A DNA stretch of 64,000 nt from Faecalimonas sp. GTDB taxonomy: Bacteria; Bacillota; Clostridia; Lachnospirales; Lachnospiraceae. This document shows positions 8,614 through 19,376 of the stretch, piece after piece; positions within the stretch are counted from its first letter, which is position 1; every line of letters begins with the position of its first letter. The position numbers and the translations under genes were made by a program. Under the pieces are notes generated by a model, which did not search any database, was not told the DNA's origin, and was given only the letters and a program-made list of their open reading frames with translations. The stretch spans positions 1,710-65,709 of the forward strand of contig JAXJPN010000085.1 of the NCBI GenBank assembly GCA_036311625.1, given 5' to 3'.

Positions 8614-9621
8614 ATGGAGGAAAAGGTTTTAGGGAACAAAAAGAATGGAATGGCAGTGTTACTGTTGACGCTTGCACTTTATATTGCAGCAGGTGTAGGG
8701 ATTGTAGTGGGTGCAATTTATGAGATGATATGGCTGCTTGTGCCGTGTATTGTTTGGGTGGCGCTCGGATGGATTTTCTTTGTAGGGCTTCGCACTTTGA
8801 AACCGCAGGAGGCATTGGTGCTGACTTTGTTTGGAAAGTATGTGGGCACATTGAAGAACGATGGTTTTTATTTTGTGAATCCGTTTTGTGTTGCATTTAA
8901 TCCTGCCGCACAGACAAAGCTGAATCAGAGCGGTGACGTAGACAGTTCACAGAAGAAATCGGTGGTTTATGCAGCTGCTACGGGAACACCGGTTATGGAG
9001 ACCGTTGACAAACGTATTTCTCTTAAGATTATGACGTTGAATAATAATCGCCAGAAGATCAATGATTGTTTGGGAAATCCGGTGGAGATTGGAATTGCAG
9101 TTATGTGGCGCGTGGTAGATACGGCGAAGGCAGTATTTAATGTTGACAATTATAAGGAGTACCTGTCTTTACAGTGTGATAGTGCTCTTCGAAATATCGT
9201 GAGAATTTATCCATATGATGTTGCACCGGGAATTGATACGACAGGAGATGGAATTGCGGATGAAGGCAGCCTTCGTGGTTCTAGTGAAGTGGTTGCAGAA
9301 CGTATCAAGCAGGAGATTCAAGAGAAGGTGAAAGAAGCTGGTTTGGAAATTATCGAGGCTCGTATTACCTATTTGGCCTATGCACCGGAGATTGCAGCCG
9401 TAATGTTGCAAAGACAGCAGGCATCTGCTATTATTGATGCAAGAAAGATGATTGTGGATGGTGCAGTTGGTATGGTAGAGATGGCATCGGAACGTTTGAA
9501 TGAAAATGATTTGGTGAGCTTGGATGATGAGAGAAAAGCTGCAATGGTATCGAATCTTCTTGTAGTCCTTTGTGGAAATCACGATGCCCAGCCGATTGTG
9601 AACACGGGAAGTTTGTATTAG
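8614..9621 (+). CDS. SPFH/band-7 domain membrane protein
   Basis: Two N-terminal TMs, LAYAPEIAAVMLQRQQA, AAMVSNLLVVLC. Confidence 0.9.
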   Translation: MEEKVLGNKKNGMAVLLLTLALYIAAGVGIVVGAIYEMIWLLVPCIVWVALGWIFFVGLRTLKPQEALVLTLFGKYVGTLKNDGFYFVNPFCVAFNPAAQTKLNQSGDVDSSQKKSVVYAAATGTPVMETVDKRISLKIMTLNNNRQKINDCLGNPVEIGIAVMWRVVDTAKAVFNVDNYKEYLSLQCDSALRNIVRIYPYDVAPGIDTTGDGIADEGSLRGSSEVVAERIKQEIQEKVKEAGLEIIEARITYLAYAPEIAAVMLQRQQASAIIDARKMIVDGAVGMVEMASERLNENDLVSLDDERKAAMVSNLLVVLCGNHDAQPIVNTGSLY

Positions 9622-9622
9622 T

Positions 9623-9862
9623 ATGGCAGATGTAAAGAAGCAAGTGCCCTTGCGTTTGTCTCCGAAGTTATATAATGCCCTTGCAGCTTGGGCGGAGGAT
9701 GACTTTCGTTCTTTAAATGGGCAGATTGAATTTTTGTTGACAGAGTGTGTGAAGCAGCACCGTAGCGATGGAAAGTATATCTCGATGGAATTGCATGTAC
9801 GTCCGAAGATTGAACTGCAGCATACAGAACACAATGGAAAAGGTGAAGAGGAAACAAGATGA
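9623..9862 (+). CDS. Ribbon-helix-helix (Arc-like) DNA-binding protein
   Basis: KKQVPLRLSPKLYNALAAWAEDDFRSLNGQIEFLL, an RHH pattern. Confidence 0.8.
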   Translation: MADVKKQVPLRLSPKLYNALAAWAEDDFRSLNGQIEFLLTECVKQHRSDGKYISMELHVRPKIELQHTEHNGKGEEETR

Positions 9863-10704
9863 AATTTACAAAGATGCATGGAATTGGCAATGATTATGTA
9901 TATGTCAATTGTTTTGAGGAGACAGTGGAGCATCCTTCGGATGTGGCGATTCAGGTGAGCAATCGCAATTTCGGGATTGGTTCCGATGGACTGATTCTGA
10001 TTAGGCCATCAAAGGTTGCGGATTTTGAGATGGAGATGTACAATGCCGATGGTTCTCGCGGTGAGATGTGCGGGAATGGGATTCGCTGTGTGGGAAAGTA
10101 TGTATATGATTATGGTTTGACTGACAAGACCAGCGTCTCGGTGGAGACACTTGCCGGAATCAAATATTTGGATTTCACAATTGAGGATGGAAAGGTGAAG
10201 CTGGTGCGGGTGGATATGGGAAGCCCGGAGCTTGTGCCGGAGCGGATTCCGGTTGTTGCAGAAGGGGATGCGGTAATTGATGCGCCGATTCTGGTAGACG
10301 GCATAGAATATCGTATGACTGCTGTTTCTATGGGGAATCCGCATGCGGTGGTGTATGTGGAGGACGTGAAGGGGCTCGACCTTCCGACCATCGGGCCGAA
10401 GTTCGAGAACCATGAGAGATTTCCAAAGCGGGTGAATACGGAATTTGTAAGAGTCATCGACAGACATACGGTGGAGATGCGCGTGTGGGAGCGCGGTTCC
10501 GGCGAGACACTTGCCTGTGGTACGGGCGCATGTGCGGTTGCAGTTGCCAGTATTTTGAATGGTTTGACAGAGGACACAGTGACGGTGAAGCTTCTTGGCG
10601 GTGATTTGGAGATTACTTGGGATCGGGAAGCAAATACGGTGTATATGACGGGACCGGCAGAGGTTTCTTTTGAGGGAGAAATCCTACTTCCTAAGAAAAT
10701 ATAG
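9859..10704 (+). CDS. dapF: Diaminopimelate epimerase
   Basis: KFTKMHGIGND, MCGNGIRC and ERGSGETLACGTG motifs. Confidence 0.97.
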   Translation: MKFTKMHGIGNDYVYVNCFEETVEHPSDVAIQVSNRNFGIGSDGLILIRPSKVADFEMEMYNADGSRGEMCGNGIRCVGKYVYDYGLTDKTSVSVETLAGIKYLDFTIEDGKVKLVRVDMGSPELVPERIPVVAEGDAVIDAPILVDGIEYRMTAVSMGNPHAVVYVEDVKGLDLPTIGPKFENHERFPKRVNTEFVRVIDRHTVEMRVWERGSGETLACGTGACAVAVASILNGLTEDTVTVKLLGGDLEITWDREANTVYMTGPAEVSFEGEILLPKKI

Positions 10705-10780
10705 ACTTTTTTTGAAAAAAATAAAAAAAGTACTTGCTTTTTCTCGAAAGGTTGATATAATAATATCGTTCGAGAAAAAT

Positions 10781-10851
10781 TGCGGAATGGTGTAATGGTA
10801 GCACAGCAGACTCTGACTCTGTTAGTAGGGGTTCAAGTCCCTTTTCCGTAG
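10781..10851 (+). tRNA. tRNA-Gln (anticodon CTG), CCA not encoded
   Basis: Acceptor TGCGGAA/TTCCGTA, D-arm GGTGTAATGGTAGCAC, anticodon loop CTCTGAC, T-loop TTCAAGT; upstream TTGCTT...TGATATAAT promoter. Confidence 0.95.
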
Positions 10852-10967
10852 CTGATACAAGTAGCACTTTGGTGTTGCTTGTATTTTTTTTACCTTTGCT
10901 ACTACTTGCAAATACTTGGTATATAAAGTAAAATGAAATGATATTAGAAAAAGGAAGTCAGACGTGT

Positions 10968-12743
10968 ATGATTAAGACAGAAGATCTGATATTTGAATAT
11001 GAGAAGCGGGATGACGAGGGGAATGTCATCGGAGCGCACCGTGCGATTGATGTGGTGAATCTGGATATTGAGCCCGGACAGTTTATTGCCATTTTGGGCC
11101 ACAATGGTTCCGGGAAGTCTACGCTTGCCAAGCATATGAATGCGATTCTGTCACCTACGGAAGGTTACATGTGGGTAGATGGGAAAGATACGAGCAAGGA
11201 AGAGAATATTTGGGATGTCAGACAGAGTGCGGGTATGGTCTTTCAGAATCCAGATAACCAGATTATCGGAACGGTTGTGGAAGAGGATGTTGGATTCGGA
11301 CCGGAGAATCTGGGTGTGCCGACGGAGGAGATTTGGGAGCGTGTAGAGCAGAGTCTTCGTGCGGTAGGTATGCTGGATTATCGCCACAGTTCGCCGAATA
11401 AGTTGTCGGGAGGACAGAAGCAACGTGTGGCGATTGCTGGTGTGGTTGCGATGCGGCCGAAGTGTATTGTGCTTGACGAGCCGACAGCGATGTTAGACCC
11501 GAATGGACGTAAGGAAGTTTTGCGTACGATTGCGGAGCTTCGCAAACGCGAGAAGGTTACGGTCATTTTGATTACGCATTATATGGAAGAAGTAATCGGG
11601 GCGGACCGTGTGATTGTGATGGATAAGGGACGCATTGTGATGGACGGCACCACGAAGGAGATTTTCAGTCAGGTGGAGCTTTTGAAGCAGTATCGTCTGG
11701 ATGTGCCGCAGGTGACTTTGCTCGCGTATGAATTAAAGAAAAAGGGACTTGAGATTTCGGATGGAATTTTGACTGTAGAAGAGTTCGTTTCAGAATTGAA
11801 GAAGTGTGGCATGCCGAAGGGTGCAGCTCGTTCTGTAAAGATGGGGGGAACGCTTGGTGTGCAGAAGACAGAGGCGGTTTGCAAAGAGCAGCCAATTCTC
11901 AAACTAGAGCATATCAACTATATTTACAGCCCGGAGACTGCTTTTGAACGGGTGGCTTTAAACGATATCAACCTCGAGATTTATGAAGGAGAGTTTATCG
12001 GAATTATCGGGCATACGGGTTCCGGTAAGTCTACCTTGATTCAACATTTGAATGGACTTGTAAAGGCTTCAAGTGGTGCGCTCTATTATGAGGGTGAGAA
12101 TATTTATACCGAGAAGTATGATATGAAGCAGCTGCGCAACAAGGTGGGTTTGGTATTCCAATATCCAGAGCATCAATTGTTTGAGGCGGATGTGCTGTCG
12201 GATGTATGCTTTGGTCCGAAGAATCAGGGTTTGTCAGCGGAAGCGTGTGTGGAGCGCGCAAAGGCGGCTTTGGAGTTAGTAGGGCTTCCGGAGAAGTATT
12301 ACGATGTCTCCCCATTTGATTTGTCCGGCGGGCAGAAGCGGCGCGCAGCGATTGCGGGCGTGCTTGCGATGCACCCGAAGGTGTTGGTTTTGGACGAGCC
12401 GACTGCGGGGCTTGACCCGAAGGGGCGCGATGAGATTTTGGATCAGATTGCGCATTTGCAAAAGAAAGAAAAGCTTACGGTCATTTTGGTTTCCCACAGT
12501 ATGGAAGATGTTGCCAAATATGTGGACCGCATTGTGGTGATGAATCGGGGAAGTAAGCTGTTTGATGGTGAGCCGAAAGAGGTTTTTGCACATTATCAAG
12601 AACTGGAAAAGGTAGGTCTTGCGGCACCGCAGGTAACCTATATGATGAATGCACTGGCAGAGGCAGGTCTGCCGGTAGAGACACAGGTGACGACGGTGGA
12701 AGAGGCACTTGCCGAGATTCTTCGTCTGTACTTGGATAAATAG
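10968..12743 (+). CDS. ecfA: ECF transporter ATPase, fused EcfA1-EcfA2
   Basis: Two ABC cassettes (GHNGSGKS...FQNPDNQ...[13 protein letters not shown]...FQYPEHQ...LSGGQ). Confidence 0.9.
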   Translation: MIKTEDLIFEYEKRDDEGNVIGAHRAIDVVNLDIEPGQFIAILGHNGSGKSTLAKHMNAILSPTEGYMWVDGKDTSKEENIWDVRQSAGMVFQNPDNQIIGTVVEEDVGFGPENLGVPTEEIWERVEQSLRAVGMLDYRHSSPNKLSGGQKQRVAIAGVVAMRPKCIVLDEPTAMLDPNGRKEVLRTIAELRKREKVTVILITHYMEEVIGADRVIVMDKGRIVMDGTTKEIFSQVELLKQYRLDVPQVTLLAYELKKKGLEISDGILTVEEFVSELKKCGMPKGAARSVKMGGTLGVQKTEAVCKEQPILKLEHINYIYSPETAFERVALNDINLEIYEGEFIGIIGHTGSGKSTLIQHLNGLVKASSGALYYEGENIYTEKYDMKQLRNKVGLVFQYPEHQLFEADVLSDVCFGPKNQGLSAEACVERAKAALELVGLPEKYYDVSPFDLSGGQKRRAAIAGVLAMHPKVLVLDEPTAGLDPKGRDEILDQIAHLQKKEKLTVILVSHSMEDVAKYVDRIVVMNRGSKLFDGEPKEVFAHYQELEKVGLAAPQVTYMMNALAEAGLPVETQVTTVEEALAEILRLYLDK

Positions 12744-12759
12744 GAGTAATTGGGAGCTT

Positions 12760-13563
12760 ATGATTCGAGATATTACAATTGGACAATATTATCCCTCCAA
12801 AAGCATATTGCATCGTTTGGACCCGCGCGTAAAGGTTTTGGGAACACTTTTGTATTTGATTTCACTGTTCGTGTTTGAGAATCTTTGGGCTTATGTCGTG
12901 GCGACGGTATTTTTGTTTGGCGTCATCCGTGTGTCAAAGGTGCCATTTGGCTACATTGTGCGCGGACTGCGGCCGGTGATCTTGTTGCTGCTTATTACGG
13001 TGAGTTTTAACTTGTTTTTGACAAAGACCGGCGAGGTGGTGGCAGAATTCTGGATTTTTCAGATTACCACAGGCGGAATTCGCACGGCAGTATTTATGGT
13101 CATTCGTTTGATTTATCTGATTATCGGATCTTCGTTGATGACTTTCACCACGACGCCAAATGAATTGACGGACGGAATTGAGAAGCTGCTTTGGCCGCTT
13201 AGTAAGATAAAGGTGCCGGTGCATGAGATTGCGATGATGATGTCCATTGCACTGCGCTTTATTCCAATCTTGTTGGAAGAGGCGGATAAGATTATGAAGG
13301 CGCAGACGGCCAGAGGGGCGGATTTGGAAAGCGGGAACCTCATTCAAAAGGCGAAGGCGATGATTCCAATTTTGGTGCCGCTTTTTGTGTCTGCATTTCG
13401 GCGTGCCAACGACCTTGCAATGGCGATGGAAGCAAGATGCTATCGCGGAGGAGAGGGGCGCACGAAGATGAAGCCATTGGTGTATGCAGGTAGGGATTAT
13501 CTTGCATATGGTGTGATGCTGGTGTATATAGCTGTGGGGATTTTCGTTCAGTTGGGGACGTAG
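12760..13563 (+). CDS. ecfT: ECF transporter transmembrane component T
   Basis: LHRLDPR, ALRFIP, AQTARG and AMEARCY motifs. Confidence 0.93.
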   Translation: MIRDITIGQYYPSKSILHRLDPRVKVLGTLLYLISLFVFENLWAYVVATVFLFGVIRVSKVPFGYIVRGLRPVILLLLITVSFNLFLTKTGEVVAEFWIFQITTGGIRTAVFMVIRLIYLIIGSSLMTFTTTPNELTDGIEKLLWPLSKIKVPVHEIAMMMSIALRFIPILLEEADKIMKAQTARGADLESGNLIQKAKAMIPILVPLFVSAFRRANDLAMAMEARCYRGGEGRTKMKPLVYAGRDYLAYGVMLVYIAVGIFVQLGT

Positions 13564-13578
13564 AAAAGGAAGTTTGCG

Positions 13579-14322
13579 ATGAAGAGAATCAAATTGACGA
13601 TTGCTTATGACGGTACCAACTACTGTGGATGGCAAGTACAGCCAAATGGAATGACAGTGGAGGAAGTGCTGAATAAGGCGCTCACAAAGTTAACAGGAGA
13701 AGAGATTTTGGTGATTGGTGCGAGCCGCACGGATTCGGGTGTGCATGCGCTGGGAAATGTGGCGGTTTTTGATACCGAGACGACGATTCCGGCAGAGCGG
13801 ATTGCGATGGCGCTCAACCAGCGTCTGCCGGAGGATATTGTGATTACAAAGTCGGAGGAGGTTGCGGCGGATTTCCATCCGAGATATTGTGATTGTAGTA
13901 AGACCTATGAGTATCATATTCTCAATACGCAGATTCCGGTGCCGACGAAGCGACTGACGAATTATTTTGTGTCGTACCGTTTGGATTTGGAGAAGATGCG
14001 ACAGGCGGCGTCGTATTTGGTCGGCGAGCATGATTTTGTGAGCTTTTGTAATGTGCGGGCGGATGTAGAAAGTACGGTGCGTACGATTTATTCTTTGGAT
14101 ATTTTGCAGGATGGTGAGGAAATCACAGTGCGAATTACCGGCAATGGTTTCTTATATAATATGGTACGCATTATTGTGGGTACGCTGATTCGTGTAGGAC
14201 GCGGTTTTTATGAGCCGGAGAAAGTGAAGGAGATTTTGGAAGCCAGAGACCGAAAGGCGGCGGGCGTCACTGCGCCGGCACACGGACTGGTGCTTGTGGA
14301 GATTGTTTATGAACGAGAATAA
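13579..14322 (+). CDS. truA: tRNA pseudouridine(38-40) synthase
   Basis: AYDGTNYCGWQ, SRTDSGVHA and GFLYNMVR motifs. Confidence 0.96.
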   Translation: MKRIKLTIAYDGTNYCGWQVQPNGMTVEEVLNKALTKLTGEEILVIGASRTDSGVHALGNVAVFDTETTIPAERIAMALNQRLPEDIVITKSEEVAADFHPRYCDCSKTYEYHILNTQIPVPTKRLTNYFVSYRLDLEKMRQAASYLVGEHDFVSFCNVRADVESTVRTIYSLDILQDGEEITVRITGNGFLYNMVRIIVGTLIRVGRGFYEPEKVKEILEARDRKAAGVTAPAHGLVLVEIVYERE

Positions 14323-15346
14323 GATGTTGAAGGTAAGAAAATATTTGCTTCTGGCTCTGAAAATCGGAGTTGGGGGAAGCCTTGCATATTATGTGGCACA
14401 GTTGTTGCATTTGGAAAATGCGTCTTCAGCGGGTATCATTGCGCTTTTGACTTTGCTGACTACGAAGCTGGATACGTTTCGTCTGTCGCTGCAAAGGCTT
14501 GTGTCTTTTGTGGCGTCTTTTGCACTCTGTTTTATTTTGTTTTATGTCATTAAGACTTCGTGGCTGGACTATGGAATCTATTTGTTTTTCTCGGTGTTTT
14601 TGTGTGAACTTCTCGGTTGGAGAAATGTGATTTCGGTGAATGCGGTTATCGGTGCGCATTTTCTTTCTTCGGGGGATTTCTCGCCAGAATTTTTGCTCAA
14701 TGAATGTTTATTGGTGGTAATTGGTGTTGTGATTGCAATCGTACTCAATCTGTTCCAGCATAACCATGCGCATGAGTCGGAGATGGTACAGCGTATGCAG
14801 TATATGGAAGGCAAGATGACAAGGATTTTGGAGGAGCTTTCGGGGTATCTGCGTCACCAGTCTATGGGCGATTGTGTTTGGGAGGATTTGCAACAGTTGG
14901 AGAAGGACTTGGATATTTCTTCGGATATGGCACATGAGTATCACTTGAATACCTTCGGGGCGCATTCAGAGTATTATATCAACTATTTTCGTATGCGCAA
15001 GCAGCAGTACGGAATTTTGCACAGCCTGCACACGGAGATGCGCCGTATCAGTGAGCTCCCGAAGCCGGCGGAGATTGTGGCGGATTTTATTTTGGAAATC
15101 AGCAAGCACGTGACGGAGACGAACGAGCCGAAAGCATTGATTGCGCAATTGGAGGAGTTGGTGCGTGATGTGAAGGAGCATGAACTTCCGCAGAGCAGGG
15201 AGGAGTTTGAAAACCGTGCATTGCTGTATCATATTTTAAAAGATATGGAAGACTTTTTGTTATTTAAACAAGATTTTGTGGAATCTCGAAACGAACTACA
15301 TTTGGAGCGGAGAAGGAGAAAATCAGATGATTCGTCTTGTAGATAA
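14309..15346 (+). CDS. Aromatic acid exporter (ArAE/FUSC-like) family protein
   Basis: SAGIIALL TM region plus C-terminal YFRMRKQQ...LPQSREEFENRA; start uncertain (14309 or 14324). Confidence 0.8.
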   Translation: MNENKMLKVRKYLLLALKIGVGGSLAYYVAQLLHLENASSAGIIALLTLLTTKLDTFRLSLQRLVSFVASFALCFILFYVIKTSWLDYGIYLFFSVFLCELLGWRNVISVNAVIGAHFLSSGDFSPEFLLNECLLVVIGVVIAIVLNLFQHNHAHESEMVQRMQYMEGKMTRILEELSGYLRHQSMGDCVWEDLQQLEKDLDISSDMAHEYHLNTFGAHSEYYINYFRMRKQQYGILHSLHTEMRRISELPKPAEIVADFILEISKHVTETNEPKALIAQLEELVRDVKEHELPQSREEFENRALLYHILKDMEDFLLFKQDFVESRNELHLERRRRKSDDSSCR

Positions 15347-16349
15347 GTTGCGGGATACACGCAATTTGACAAAGGAAGAATGGATTACTTTGCTTGAAAA
15401 TCCCGCACCAGAGCTTGCGGAGTATGTCTTCCAAGAGGCGAGGAAGGTGCGAGAGCAGTTCTATGGAAAAGAGGTCTACATGCGAGGCTTGATTGAATTT
15501 AGCAGTTATTGCAAAAATGACTGCTATTATTGTGGACTGCGAAGAAGCAATGGAAAGGCTTCGCGTTACCGCCTGACAAAAGAGGAGATTTTGGAATGCT
15601 GTGCGCAAGGGGACGCGCTTGGCTTTCGAACCTTTGTATTGCAAAGCGGCGAGGATGCTTTTTTTACGGATGAGAAGCTGGTGGAGATTATTTCTGCGAT
15701 TAAGGAAAGCTATCCGCACTGTGCGGTGACGCTTTCGATTGGAGAGCGTGAAAAAGAAAGTTATCAGAAGTTTTTTGATGCCGGCGCAGAGCGGTTTTTG
15801 CTTCGCCATGAGACTTACAATTGCGAGCACTACGCCAAACTCCACCCGACAGCGCTTTCGGCAAGGCACAGGCAGGAATGTCTATGGGAGTTAAAGAGGA
15901 TTGGATATCAGGTGGGCTGTGGCTTTCTGGTAGGTTCGCCGTACCAGAAGGCGGAATATCTCGCAGAAGATATGCTGTTCATTGGCAAATTACAGCCACA
16001 GATGGTGGGCATTGGCCCGTTCATTCCGCACAAGGATACGCCGTTTGCAGAAAAGCCGGCCGGCTCGCTGGAACAAAGTTTGTATCTGCTGGGTTTGTTG
16101 CGCTTGCTTTTGCCGAAGGCATGGCTGCCGGCGACAACAGCGCTTTCCAGCATTTATCCCGAAGGACGGGAGCTTGGTATTTTAGCCGGAGCAAATGTGG
16201 TGATGCCGAATCTGACACCGGCGCATTTGCGCAAAAAGTACAGTCTGTATGACGGAAAGCTTAGCACGGGCGCGGAGGCGGCAGAACATCTAGAGGAATT
16301 GAAGAAAAGAATGCAAAAGATTGGATATCAGATAAATGAGCAAATATAA
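15327..16349 (+). CDS. hydE: [FeFe]-hydrogenase maturase, radical SAM HydE
   Basis: RGLIEFSSYCKNDCYYCG, GIGPFIPH, GANVVMPN and YSLYDGK motifs. Confidence 0.92.
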   Translation: MIRLVDKLRDTRNLTKEEWITLLENPAPELAEYVFQEARKVREQFYGKEVYMRGLIEFSSYCKNDCYYCGLRRSNGKASRYRLTKEEILECCAQGDALGFRTFVLQSGEDAFFTDEKLVEIISAIKESYPHCAVTLSIGEREKESYQKFFDAGAERFLLRHETYNCEHYAKLHPTALSARHRQECLWELKRIGYQVGCGFLVGSPYQKAEYLAEDMLFIGKLQPQMVGIGPFIPHKDTPFAEKPAGSLEQSLYLLGLLRLLLPKAWLPATTALSSIYPEGRELGILAGANVVMPNLTPAHLRKKYSLYDGKLSTGAEAAEHLEELKKRMQKIGYQINEQI

Positions 16350-17757
16350 TGTAGCTTCCAAAGTGGCAGAGGAATTTATCGGTCATGAGGAGATTTTGGA
16401 CACGCTGCGCTATGCAGAGGAAAATAAAAAGAATCGAGTATTGATTTCTGAGATTCTCGAAAAGGCAAGGCTGCGCAAGGGGCTCTCGCACAGAGAGGCA
16501 TCGGTTCTGCTTGCCTGTGAGGTGGAGGAGCTGAATGCAGAGATTTACAGTTTGGCTGAACAGGTGAAAAAGGATTTTTACGGGAATCGCATTGTTATGT
16601 TTGCGCCCCTATATCTTTCAAATTACTGTGTCAATGGCTGTACCTATTGTCCCTATCATTTGAAGAACAAACAGATTCCGAGAAAGAAACTGAGCCAAGA
16701 GGAGATTCGACGCGAGGTGATTGCCTTACAGGATATGGGACATAAGCGCTTGGCGCTTGAGATGGGTGAAGACCCGGTGCAAAACCCCATTGAGTACATA
16801 CTGGAGAGCATCGATACGATTTATAGCATCAAACACAAGAACGGAGCAATCCGGCGTGTCAATGTGAATATTGCTGCAACGACAGTGGAGAACTACCGGA
16901 AACTCAAGGAAGCGGGAATCGGAACTTACATCTTGTTCCAAGAAACTTACCACAAGGAAAGTTACGAGGAATTGCACCCGACCGGACCGAAACACGATTA
17001 TGCATATCATACGGAGGCGATGGATCGCGCAATGGAGGGCGGTATCGATGATGTGGGTATCGGCGTGCTCTTCGGATTGGATAAATATCGCTACGAGTTT
17101 GCCGGACTGCTCATGCACGCAGAGCATTTGGAAGCGGTTTGGGGAGTCGGACCGCATACAATCAGTGTGCCCCGTCTCCGAAATGCGGACGATGTGGATA
17201 TGGATAGTTTCCAAAACGGAATCAGCGATGAGACATTTGCGAAGCTGGTGGCGTGTATCCGAATTGCAGTGCCGTACACCGGAATCATTCTTTCGACCCG
17301 TGAGAGCGAGTCGTGTCGGGAGAAAGTGTTGCGGCTTGGGGTGTCGCAGATTAGTGGTGGTTCTAAGACCAGTGTTGGTGGCTATGCGGACGGCGAGCCG
17401 GAGCATTCAGAGCAGTTTGAGGTCAGCGACACCAGAACCTTAGATGAAGTCGTGAAGTGGCTGATGGAGCTTGGCTATATTCCGAGTTTTTGTACGGCGT
17501 GCTATCGGGAAGGTCGCGTGGGTGACCGATTTATGGAGCTTGTGAAGAATGGTCAAATTCAAAATTGCTGTCAGCCCAATGCGCTGATGACCTTACAAGA
17601 GTATTTGACGGATTATGCTTCAGAGGAGACAAAGGAAGTCGGAAAGCGTTTGATTGAGAAAGAAATGCAATCGATTCCGAGTACAAAGCTGCGCCGGGTG
17701 GTAGAAGAAAATCTGGAAGCGATTGCAGAAAAGAATCAGAGAGATTTTTATTTTTAA
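16336..17757 (+). CDS. hydG: [FeFe]-hydrogenase maturase HydG
   Basis: FAPLYLSNYCVNGCTYC, GPHTISVPR, C-terminal SFCTACYR...CQPNA. Confidence 0.95.
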   Translation: MSKYNVASKVAEEFIGHEEILDTLRYAEENKKNRVLISEILEKARLRKGLSHREASVLLACEVEELNAEIYSLAEQVKKDFYGNRIVMFAPLYLSNYCVNGCTYCPYHLKNKQIPRKKLSQEEIRREVIALQDMGHKRLALEMGEDPVQNPIEYILESIDTIYSIKHKNGAIRRVNVNIAATTVENYRKLKEAGIGTYILFQETYHKESYEELHPTGPKHDYAYHTEAMDRAMEGGIDDVGIGVLFGLDKYRYEFAGLLMHAEHLEAVWGVGPHTISVPRLRNADDVDMDSFQNGISDETFAKLVACIRIAVPYTGIILSTRESESCREKVLRLGVSQISGGSKTSVGGYADGEPEHSEQFEVSDTRTLDEVVKWLMELGYIPSFCTACYREGRVGDRFMELVKNGQIQNCCQPNALMTLQEYLTDYASEETKEVGKRLIEKEMQSIPSTKLRRVVEENLEAIAEKNQRDFYF

Positions 17758-17763
17758 AACAAA

Positions 17764-17778
17764 TGTGACAAAGTCACA
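17764..17778. promoter_or_regulatory. Palindromic operator-like site upstream of trxA
   Basis: TGTGAC-AAA-GTCACA perfect palindrome in the intergenic gap. Confidence 0.45.
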
Positions 17779-17836
17779 GAATTTTTTGAAGTGATTGGTT
17801 ATACTAAAGTCAGAAAAACATAAGGAGGACAAACAG

Positions 17837-18142
17837 ATGTCTGTGATTCAAATAACAAAAGAAAATTTTGAAAGTGAAGTTTTAAATTCCAATAAACCTG
17901 TATTATTAGATTTCTATGCTGATTGGTGCGGACCATGCCGTATGGTAGGACCGATCGTGGAGGAGATTGCTGAGGAAAATGATGCCATCAAGGTCGGCAA
18001 AATCAATGTAGACCAGCAGTCAGAGCTCGCTGCGAAATACCGCGTGATGAGCATTCCGACGCTCGCGGTTATCAAGAACGGCGAGGTGGCGAACATTTCT
18101 GTGGGAGCAAAAGGGAAGGAAGAAATCTTAGAGATGATTTAG
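17837..18142 (+). CDS. trxA: Thioredoxin
   Basis: DFYADWCGPC active site; RBS AGGAGG. Confidence 0.96.
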   Translation: MSVIQITKENFESEVLNSNKPVLLDFYADWCGPCRMVGPIVEEIAEENDAIKVGKINVDQQSELAAKYRVMSIPTLAVIKNGEVANISVGAKGKEEILEMI

Positions 18143-18180
18143 GGAGTGGAAACTTATAAAGATATGCAAGGAAGAGATTT

Positions 18181-19359
18181 ATGAATACAAATAGCACGCC
18201 GATGGCGGAACGTCTGCATATTGGTATCTTTGGTAGACGGAACGCAGGAAAATCAAGTTTAATAAATGCAATTACCGGACAGAATTTGGCAATTGTTTCC
18301 GATGTGAAAGGGACGACGACAGATCCCGTGTCAAAGAGCATGGAACTTTTGCCAATCGGTCCGGTTGTTTTGATTGATACGCCCGGAATTGATGATGAGG
18401 GGGAATTGGGCGAACTCAGAACCAAAAGGGCATATGATATCCTTAATAAAACGGATATTGCACTGTTGGTCGTGGCCGATGATGAAGGATTGACGGTTGT
18501 GGATGCACAGTTACTTAAGCAGATTCGGAGCAAAAGAATTCCATATTTGATTGTATACAATAAGGCAGATGAGGAAGAAGGTAGAGAACTCAGACAGTGG
18601 GAAATTTCTGTAAGTGCGTTGTCAGGGTATCATATTCAGGAGTTGAAGGAGCGAATTGCAGAACTCGCCAATCAGAAAGAATTGCAGAGGCATATCGTAG
18701 CAGATTTGCTGGACCCTCTGGATGTTGTTGTATTGGTTACCCCGATTGATGCATCTGCACCAAAGGGCAGACTCATTTTGCCGCAGCAACAGACCATCCG
18801 CGATATTCTGGATGCAGGAGCGATTGCAATCGTGGTGAAGGATACAGAATTAGAGGAGACTTTACATAAACTTGGTACGAAGCCGAAGCTTGTGATTACA
18901 GATAGTCAGGTGTTTGAAGAGGTGGCAAAAATTGTACCGCCGGAGCTTTCTTTGACTTCTTTTTCCATCCTGATGGCGCGTTACAAGGGAGACTTGGACA
19001 GTGTTGTGAAGAGTGTGAAAGTTTTGGATAAGTTGCAGGAAGGAGACTGCATTTTGATTTCTGAGGGCTGTACCCACCATCGTCAGTGTGAGGATATCGG
19101 GACAAAGAAACTGCCGGAATGGATTTCAACATACGCGAAGAAACAACTTCAATTTGAATTCACCAGCGGAACAGAGTTTCCGACAGATTTGTCAAAGTAT
19201 CAACTGATTGTACACTGTGGCGGCTGTATGCTCAATGCGCGTGAGATGGAATCTCGGCAGGCGCGGGCGAGAGAGCAGGGTATTCCGATGACAAATTACG
19301 GAACAGTGATTGCGCAGATGAAGGGAATTCTAGAGCGTAGTTTGGAAGTATTTCAATAG
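18181..19359 (+). CDS. hydF: [FeFe]-hydrogenase maturation GTPase HydF
   Basis: GRRNAGKS, DTPG, NKAD, EGCTHH...HCGGC. Confidence 0.95.
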   Translation: MNTNSTPMAERLHIGIFGRRNAGKSSLINAITGQNLAIVSDVKGTTTDPVSKSMELLPIGPVVLIDTPGIDDEGELGELRTKRAYDILNKTDIALLVVADDEGLTVVDAQLLKQIRSKRIPYLIVYNKADEEEGRELRQWEISVSALSGYHIQELKERIAELANQKELQRHIVADLLDPLDVVVLVTPIDASAPKGRLILPQQQTIRDILDAGAIAIVVKDTELEETLHKLGTKPKLVITDSQVFEEVAKIVPPELSLTSFSILMARYKGDLDSVVKSVKVLDKLQEGDCILISEGCTHHRQCEDIGTKKLPEWISTYAKKQLQFEFTSGTEFPTDLSKYQLIVHCGGCMLNAREMESRQARAREQGIPMTNYGTVIAQMKGILERSLEVFQ

Positions 19360-19376
19360 AAAGGGAGGAAGCAAAT

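Noticed and set aside
10781..10937. tRNA-Gln as an integration site
   Set aside because: No integrase or duplicated tRNA 3' end was seen, and the flanks are housekeeping genes.
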